Origin: a virus | Lineage: Duplodnaviria > Caudoviricetes | IMG/VR virus record: IMGVR_UViG_3300044259_000054 | Coordinates: 1-30,516 of that record | Length of the DNA stretch: 30,516 bases | Strand: one strand, 5' to 3' | Shown: one piece after another, positions 24,704 through 30,516 of the stretch | Layout of the letters: each line of letters begins with the position of its first letter | Numbering within the stretch: position 1 is the stretch's first letter | Program-made: the position numbers and the translations under genes | The notes under the pieces: model-generated | What the model saw: the letters and a program-made list of their open reading frames with translations, nothing else | Told to the model about the DNA's origin: nothing | Databases searched by the model: none

Positions 24704-25302
24704 CCGCCCAACTCCGAGACGCCATCGTTGATCTCGCCCAGCAGGCCGCCGCCGCATTCATGCCGGCCCGCTTCGGCATTGTGACATCCTACGATCCCGA
24801 CAACTACGCCGTGAAGGTGGAGCTCCAGCCAGAGGGCGTCGAGACCGGATGGTGTCCGATCAAGACCGCGCTGGCGGGGAACGGGTTCGGGATGTACGCC
24901 GGGCCGGCGAAAGGCGACCAGGCGGCGATGATCTTCCAAGAGGGCGACGCCCTGGTGGGGATCTGCATCGGCTTCCTGCCGAGCGATGAAGACCGCCCGC
25001 CCAGCGTCCCGAGCGGCGAGATCCACGCTATCCACAAGAGCGGCGCCTTCCTGAAGTTCACCAACGACGGAAAGGTCACGCTGGAGACCGAGGCGGGCTT
25101 CTTCATCAATGCCGACACGACCATCGTGGGCAACGTCGATATCACGGGCGACACGACCGTTTCGGGTGATGTCCTGGCGGGCGGCGAGGTAGAGGACGGC
25201 GTCGGAAAGCTCTCGGATCTCCGCGACGCCTACAACGACCACAAGCACACCGGAGTTCAAGCTGGCGGCGCGACGTCGGGCGGAACCGACACCCCCGTCT
25301 AG
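24700..25302 (+). CDS. Baseplate central spike (P2 gpV-like)
   Basis: OB-fold N-terminus (ETGWCP), beta-helix repeats, C-terminal HKH metal-binding motif (YNDHKHTGVQAG). Confidence 0.9.
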   Translation: MTAQLRDAIVDLAQQAAAAFMPARFGIVTSYDPDNYAVKVELQPEGVETGWCPIKTALAGNGFGMYAGPAKGDQAAMIFQEGDALVGICIGFLPSDEDRPPSVPSGEIHAIHKSGAFLKFTNDGKVTLETEAGFFINADTTIVGNVDITGDTTVSGDVLAGGEVEDGVGKLSDLRDAYNDHKHTGVQAGGATSGGTDTPV

Positions 25303-25313
25303 GAGATGCGAAG

Positions 25314-25697
25314 ATGCCCGACTACACGACCCTTAACGACGTCGACCATTTCTTCGGGCAGGACATCGCCGCGGGGAATACTGGAGACCTCGCCCTCGTG
25401 AAACGCCTTGCGCGCTCGCGCCAGCGCGTTCTTCGGCGGCTGCTGACCAACCCAGGCGACTACGAGGCTCATCCCGACTACGGCGCCGGCATACCGCGCA
25501 TGATCGGCGAGAGCGTGGACTTGAAGCGCATCGAAGGCGTCATCAGGGCGCAACTCCTCCTCGAAAGCTCTGTTCAGGTCTCGCCCGCACCGACCATTCG
25601 GGTGTCGCAGATCACCGGCGGCGTTTCGGCGGTGGTGAATTATGTCGCGCTACCTGATAAACAGCCCGTGTCCCTGTCGTTCAACATGGAAGCCTGA
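25314..25697 (+). CDS. Baseplate wedge/sheath initiator (gp25/GpW-like)
   Basis: RRLLTNPGDY..HPDYGAG motif. Confidence 0.85.
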   Translation: MPDYTTLNDVDHFFGQDIAAGNTGDLALVKRLARSRQRVLRRLLTNPGDYEAHPDYGAGIPRMIGESVDLKRIEGVIRAQLLLESSVQVSPAPTIRVSQITGGVSAVVNYVALPDKQPVSLSFNMEA

Positions 25698-25699
25698 AG

Positions 25700-26857
25700 A
25701 TGGCCGATCCGACCGCAAAGACGTTCTCGCAGATCGTCCAAGGACAGGCAGCGGCCATTCAGGCCAGGGCGACGGCGCTCATCGACTTTGAGGTCGGGTC
25801 CGTTCTCAGAGCCGCTGTTGAAGCCGTCGCCGGGGTGGTGACGTGGCTTCAGGCCCTCATTCTCAAGCTCGCCACCACCATCAGGGCGTCGTCTTCGCAG
25901 GGCAGTGACCTCGATAGCTGGTTCGCGGACTTCGGGGCCCCGATCGCCGACGGCGCGGCCGCGACCTTCGAGCGCCTCGGCGCCACGTATGCGATCGGCG
26001 ATCTGACCTTCACGCGCCTCACACCGACCGGGACATCGCTCATCCCCGTGGGCTCGACGGCCGAAACCCCCAACGGCGCCGATAAGTTCGTCGTGCTGCT
26101 CGACGCCTCGAATTCCGCCTATGACGCCGGGCTTAACGGCTACCTCATGGAGGATGGAGACGCGACCATCACGGTTCCGGCGCAAGCCCTGGTGGCGGGA
26201 TCGGCCGGAAACGTGACGGCGGGGACGATCAACACCATCACGTCTTCGATCCCAGGCGTCGACCTCGTGACCAACGCAGCCGATTTCGTCAACGGTTCCG
26301 ATCAGGAGAGCGACGAGAACGCCAGGGCGCGCTTCCGGTCGTTCATCCAAGGCCTTCGCGAAGCCACACCGGCCGCCATTCAGTCCTACGTCGAGGCGCT
26401 CCAGCCGGGAGTGAAGACGATCCTCGTGGAAAACGAGGAGTACAACGGCGTCGCCAAGCGGGGATCGTTCTATCTCATTGTCGACGACGGGACCGGAACG
26501 CCGCCCTCCGATCTCTTGGAAGCGGCTTCGGTTTCTGTAGATCAGCACCGTGCCGCCGGGATCGAGGGCGCGGTCTATCCCCCCGAGGTCGTGACGGCCA
26601 ATATCTCGATGACGGTGTCGGTCGCGGCCGGCGCAAGCTCTCCCGCGACCTTCACGGCCGTTCAAGCCGCGGTTCGGAGCTACGTCAACACCCGCGCGCT
26701 AGGCGAAGACCTCGCGGCCAACCGCCTCTATCAGATCGCCTACGATGCCTCGCCCAACGTGATCGGCGTGACGAACCTTCTCGTGAATGGCGTTGCGGGT
26801 GATATCGTGATCGAGCGCAAGGAAGTCATCAAGGCCGGCACGGTGGTGATATCGTGA
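25700..26857 (+). CDS. Baseplate J-like wedge protein
   Basis: GSVLRA, A...GSAGNV, GSDQESDE..RAR, RAAG motifs. Confidence 0.9.
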   Translation: MADPTAKTFSQIVQGQAAAIQARATALIDFEVGSVLRAAVEAVAGVVTWLQALILKLATTIRASSSQGSDLDSWFADFGAPIADGAAATFERLGATYAIGDLTFTRLTPTGTSLIPVGSTAETPNGADKFVVLLDASNSAYDAGLNGYLMEDGDATITVPAQALVAGSAGNVTAGTINTITSSIPGVDLVTNAADFVNGSDQESDENARARFRSFIQGLREATPAAIQSYVEALQPGVKTILVENEEYNGVAKRGSFYLIVDDGTGTPPSDLLEAASVSVDQHRAAGIEGAVYPPEVVTANISMTVSVAAGASSPATFTAVQAAVRSYVNTRALGEDLAANRLYQIAYDASPNVIGVTNLLVNGVAGDIVIERKEVIKAGTVVIS

Positions 26858-27558
26858 CCGGAGATCAGGAAGACATCCTCGCGCGTCTTCGCAAGCGCCT
26901 TCCCAAGCGGTGGTTCGGCTACAGCACCGACGCCGCTCCGATCGTCTCCGCCCTGCTGACCGGCGCCGCCTGGGCGCTGGCTCAATTCCATGCCCTGTAC
27001 GCCTACATCGCCCTTCAGACCCGCATCGCGACCTCAACGGGCGCTTGGCTGGAGTTGGCCGCCAACGACTTCTTCGGCTCGCGCCTTCCGCGCTTCTCTG
27101 GCGAGCGCGATCCCTCGTATAGCCTCCGCATCCGCAAGGAGGTCTTGCGCCCTCGCAACACCCGCCAGGCGATCGACGCCATCATCTTCGACCTCACGGG
27201 CAAGCATCCCGACATCTTCGAGGGCTTCCACGCCCGCGAGTGTGGCGGCTGGGGCACGCCCGCGCTGGCCTTCGGCGCCGCCGGCCGCTACGGGAGCAAC
27301 AACGCCCGCTTCGAGGCCATCATCACCACCCCGCCGCTTCAGGGCTACGGCATCCCGAACCGTGGCGGATGGGGTAGCCGAACGGGCGGCTATGGGGTCG
27401 GGAACTTCTCCCTCGTCGACGACACGCTGATCGTCGGCAGTGGCCCGACCCGAGCCGATATCATCCGCGCGCTCGACCTCGTCCGCCCCGCAGGCGTGAG
27501 GTTCTATCTGCGCTTCAGCGATCGGGTTACAATCAACATCGTCGACGAGACCGGCTAA
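26854..27558 (+). CDS. Baseplate wedge protein (P2 gpI-like)
   Basis: Follows J; TSTGAWLE..A.DFFG, R..GE.D..Y..RI, RPAGV. Confidence 0.75.
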   Translation: MTGDQEDILARLRKRLPKRWFGYSTDAAPIVSALLTGAAWALAQFHALYAYIALQTRIATSTGAWLELAANDFFGSRLPRFSGERDPSYSLRIRKEVLRPRNTRQAIDAIIFDLTGKHPDIFEGFHARECGGWGTPALAFGAAGRYGSNNARFEAIITTPPLQGYGIPNRGGWGSRTGGYGVGNFSLVDDTLIVGSGPTRADIIRALDLVRPAGVRFYLRFSDRVTINIVDETG

Positions 27559-27579
27559 GGGCCGGAAGAGGAAAGTCAT

Positions 27580-28557
27580 ATGGACCGCGTCTCCGTTTAC
27601 CGCGATCAACTGCCCTACGAAGAGGACGTTCTTCTCATCGGGCGCTATGCCTACGAGGGCCTCGGGGCTCTTGTGCGCGATCTCATCGGATCGACCACGC
27701 AAGTCGCCGGCCTGCTGGCCGCGCCGACTTCTCCGGCCTCGCTGGCCGTGCAAGTCGGAGCCGGTTCGATCTACGCCTTCAAGCCGCTCGACGACGCTCC
27801 CCAGGGGCAAATCCTCGGGACCGGCGGCATCCCAGCCGACACCGACCCTGATCACTCGATCATGAAGCAGGGGCTTCTTCGCGATCCCGTGACGTTCGCC
27901 GTCACGGCGCCGGTGACGTCCGGCCAATCGATCAACTACCTCATCCAAGCGCGCTTCGTCGAAGAAGACGCCGCCGCTTCGGATGCCCAATTCTACAACA
28001 CCGCCAATCCCAACGCGCCGATCACTGACCAGGTCTCGCGGGCGCGCTACAATCGTTGCGAAGTCGGCATCAAGGCCGGCACGGCGGCGACCACGGGGGC
28101 GCAGACCACTCCGTCGGCGGATGCCGGATGGGTGCCGGTCTGGGTCGTTACCGTGGCGAACGGCGCCACCACCGTCACGGGCGGGAATATCACCGAGCAC
28201 CCCTCGGCTCCGTTCATCAGCGTCTCGGGCGGTGGCGGCGGCGGTGGCGGATCGGGTCTGTCCGCCTGGGCGACGATCACCGGGGCGTATACGGCCGTTG
28301 CGGGAGACCGCCTCATCGCCAACAGCGCCGGAGGGGCCTTCACCATTACCCTTCCGGCCTCGCCCTCCGATGGCGACGAGGTGACGGTTCGCCACCCCAA
28401 CGCCGGCACAAATAACGTCACCATGGGGCGGAACGGCAAGAACACGCCCGACGTCAACGGCGCGCCGACCGCGGCGAATGTCGTGCTCAATCAGAACAAT
28501 CGCGAGACGCGCTTCGTCTATTCGACCGGCCTCAACATGTGGACGGTGAGCCAATGA
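27580..28557 (+). CDS. Tail fibre anchor/adaptor protein
   Basis: N-terminal baseplate-attachment region (MDR..., MKQG), poly-Gly linker, C-terminal ITLPASPSDGDEV domain. Confidence 0.7.
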   Translation: MDRVSVYRDQLPYEEDVLLIGRYAYEGLGALVRDLIGSTTQVAGLLAAPTSPASLAVQVGAGSIYAFKPLDDAPQGQILGTGGIPADTDPDHSIMKQGLLRDPVTFAVTAPVTSGQSINYLIQARFVEEDAAASDAQFYNTANPNAPITDQVSRARYNRCEVGIKAGTAATTGAQTTPSADAGWVPVWVVTVANGATTVTGGNITEHPSAPFISVSGGGGGGGGSGLSAWATITGAYTAVAGDRLIANSAGGAFTITLPASPSDGDEVTVRHPNAGTNNVTMGRNGKNTPDVNGAPTAANVVLNQNNRETRFVYSTGLNMWTVSQ

Positions 28558-29237
28558 CGCTTTCGAGCGAACTATTCGACGTCCGATCTCTGATAGAAAG
28601 GACGTGGTATCGCCTACCGATAGTCGATGGCGGCGGAGCCGAGGTCGCTTATGCGATCACCGCTCCCGCAAAGACCGCCGTTGGGCGCGTCAGCATGGTC
28701 GGAGCGGGTGGATGGTACACGGGCGGCGCTGATGGAAATAAGGGTCCGGCAGGGGGCGGAGCGGCGTTTGCGAGGAAAAAGTTCAGCGCCTCGCCCGGCG
28801 AAGGCTTCACCGCCTATGTGGGCAATCCCCACCTTAACGTTACGAACTTCTCAACCTTCATTCCAAATGGGGATGGGAGCAGCCGGTTCATTCGCAATAC
28901 TGGATCGGTTTTGCTCTGCAAGGCCGCCGCTTCATTTGGAGCCCTTGGTTCCTATGGGTTGGCGTCTAATAGCGTCGGTGACGTAAAGCGAGATGGTAGC
29001 CCGCGGCCGGGCTACGATGCTCCAGGCACTCCAGGAAACGACGAAGCCGACACGTACTCCCTTGGTTTCAAGGCCGCAACCACGACCGGGCCGTATGATG
29101 GAAAGCAGATGGCTAGTCACGGCGTTGGGGGGCGCGGAACCTATCGTGTTGATCCGGCGCAAAGTTTCACTTGGCAGGTCGTGCCTGGATGCGGCCTGAT
29201 TTGCGTCGAATGGTTCACTGAAGATCCGGGGTACTGA
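28554..29237 (+). CDS. Glycine-rich putative receptor-binding protein 1
   Basis: ATGA overlap; VGAGG..GGGAAF..YVG glycine-rich motifs; ends EWFTEDPGY; atypical codon usage. Confidence 0.6.
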   Translation: MTLSSELFDVRSLIERTWYRLPIVDGGGAEVAYAITAPAKTAVGRVSMVGAGGWYTGGADGNKGPAGGGAAFARKKFSASPGEGFTAYVGNPHLNVTNFSTFIPNGDGSSRFIRNTGSVLLCKAAASFGALGSYGLASNSVGDVKRDGSPRPGYDAPGTPGNDEADTYSLGFKAATTTGPYDGKQMASHGVGGRGTYRVDPAQSFTWQVVPGCGLICVEWFTEDPGY

Positions 29238-29243
29238 GATGAC
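29221..29243 (+). repeat. 23-bp direct repeat, copy 1
   Basis: AAGATCCGGGGTACTGAGATGAC. Confidence 0.9.
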
Positions 29244-29865
29244 GAATTCATCCGTTCTATTCGCACAAGAACCCGTTTTGCTTCAGCGCGTCTTCTATAG
29301 CGATCCAGGCTTCTTCACCATCAACGCCGTAGCGGGGGCGAAATTCGTTCGCGCGACCGCGCTTGGTTGCGGAGGCCAGGGCGCAAACTGGGGTGGCGGT
29401 GGATCACTGGCGCGGACGCGCTTTCCAGTTCTGACCGATGGCGAGGCCTATGAAATCCGCGTCGGAGACACGAGCACGGCCTCCGAGCTTGGCGACAGCT
29501 TCGTGCGCCGCATTGGCGGCCCCTATCTGGTGTATGCCGACCGGGGGCGTGGCAATGGAACGGGCGGCAGGGCGGCCAACAGCATAGGTGATGTCAAGAT
29601 CGATGGTCAGGACGGAAGTTCATCTGTTGGTGTCGGCGGAGATCCGGCGTCCGATGCCTCGCTCTATGCCCCGGTGGGGATTTCCGGTTCTGGATTTGGC
29701 AAGCCGAGCAATTACTATTACGGGCGCCTGACGTCTGATTTCGGCGGAGGTGGACTTCTGTCTTATTCGTTCACGGATGGCGGCGAGATTTCCGGCACTG
29801 TAGGCCGACCGGCTGGCTATGGCCGGATCGTGATGGAATACTTCAACCAAGATCCGGGGTACTGA
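29239..29865 (+). CDS. Glycine-rich putative receptor-binding protein 2 (paralogue of protein 1)
   Basis: LGCGG..GGGGSLAR..IRVG; ANSIGDVKIDG versus SNSVGDVKRDG in the paralogue; ends EYFNQDPGY. Confidence 0.6.
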   Translation: MTNSSVLFAQEPVLLQRVFYSDPGFFTINAVAGAKFVRATALGCGGQGANWGGGGSLARTRFPVLTDGEAYEIRVGDTSTASELGDSFVRRIGGPYLVYADRGRGNGTGGRAANSIGDVKIDGQDGSSSVGVGGDPASDASLYAPVGISGSGFGKPSNYYYGRLTSDFGGGGLLSYSFTDGGEISGTVGRPAGYGRIVMEYFNQDPGY

Positions 29866-29871
29866 GATGAC
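29849..29871 (+). repeat. 23-bp direct repeat, copy 2
   Basis: AAGATCCGGGGTACTGAGATGAC. Confidence 0.9.
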
Positions 29872-30448
29872 CGCCCAATGGCGCAGCGCCTATGACCGAG
29901 ACGGCCGGGCCGTGGTCTATGCCGGCGAGACCGTCGAAGCCCGCTTGGTTCTCGAACAGCCCGACGGCGCGGGTGGGTGGGAGCCCCAAGACCTCACCGA
30001 CCGCGTCTTCGTGCAGAGGATCATCTACAGCAACGGGACCGTTCTCGCTTCGGTGACGGGAGAGAACACGATCGACCAGGGCGAGGCCATCGTGGTCTTC
30101 ACGCTCGACGGCGACGTGACGGCCGACCTCCTGCCCGACGGGGCCTCGGAAGCGCTTCTGAGACACGAGGTCTCGGAAGTTCTGGAAAGCGGCCGGGACG
30201 TTCTGCTCGAAGAGGCCTTCACGGTCCTTCGCGGCGCCGGGAACGCCGGCCTCCCGACCTCCACCACGCCGCCCAGCTCTGTCGCTTTCAGGATGCGGGA
30301 TCGGATGATCGTGCGCTACATCGGAGCGCGGGGGCCATCCGGCCTGGTTCTCAGCACTACCGAGCCCCCCGTGGTTGACGGTCAGACGGTTCTCTGGCTC
30401 AAACCCGTAGGAGCCCAATACGACCTCCTCGTCGTGACCGGAGACTGA
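29867..30448 (+). CDS. Hypothetical tail-associated protein
   Basis: GC3-rich 193-aa ORF; beta-rich N-terminus, GARGPSG, C-terminal STTEP...LWLK motif. Confidence 0.6.
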   Translation: MTAQWRSAYDRDGRAVVYAGETVEARLVLEQPDGAGGWEPQDLTDRVFVQRIIYSNGTVLASVTGENTIDQGEAIVVFTLDGDVTADLLPDGASEALLRHEVSEVLESGRDVLLEEAFTVLRGAGNAGLPTSTTPPSSVAFRMRDRMIVRYIGARGPSGLVLSTTEPPVVDGQTVLWLKPVGAQYDLLVVTGD

Positions 30449-30451
30449 CCC

Positions 30452-30516
30452 ATGACCGCCACAAGCCTTCTCGTCGGCCTCGCGACCGAAGACGCCCAAG
30501 AGGCCGGAAACCAGAC
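30452..30516 (+). CDS. 5' end of a gene (truncated by window edge)
   Basis: GGAG RBS, ATG 30452, open to the window end. Confidence 0.5.
   Translation, partial: MTATSLLVGLATEDAQEAGNQ

Noticed and set aside
23330-28554. Long minus-strand ORFs (475, 217, 341 and 506 aa)
   Set aside because: All lie opposite well-supported baseplate and fibre genes and have the low-information composition typical of high-GC shadows
28554-29865. Diversity-generating retroelement or invertible tail-fibre switch
   Set aside because: No reverse transcriptase, no ~100-bp template/variable repeat pair, no invertase, and the repeats are direct rather than inverted

Overview
High-GC tailed phage or prophage segment with a contractile (myovirus-type) tail, almost entirely on the + strand. 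The host is probably an alphaproteobacterium (inference). Gene order: terminase small and large subunits (154-2256); a ~7.9 kb accessory block between terL and the portal (about 20 small genes, including an SGNH/SASA acetylesterase, a C5 cytosine methyltransferase with a nested out-of-frame subunit gene, an ASCH protein, zinc-finger proteins and small membrane proteins); a DUF1073-type portal fused to a C-terminal 2H-phosphoesterase resembling the anti-CBASS nuclease Acb1; a structured ~300 bp intergenic region; DUF2213 protease/scaffold, decoration and DUF2184 major capsid genes; neck, sheath, tube, a frameshifted tail chaperone, tape measure and baseplate genes; and a tail-fibre module with two paralogous glycine-rich proteins ending in a 23-bp direct repeat. 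Main findings: (1) the portal-Acb1 fusion has a possible maturation-cleavage site, suggesting a virion-carried anti-defence enzyme; (2) the palindrome TGATATCA marks several module boundaries, often overlapping stop codons and bracketing promoter-like sequences; (3) the methyltransferase appears to be two polypeptides encoded in overlapping frames; (4) candidate small/structured RNAs lie between the portal and protease genes. All family assignments come from motif recognition and synteny; no database searches were run.
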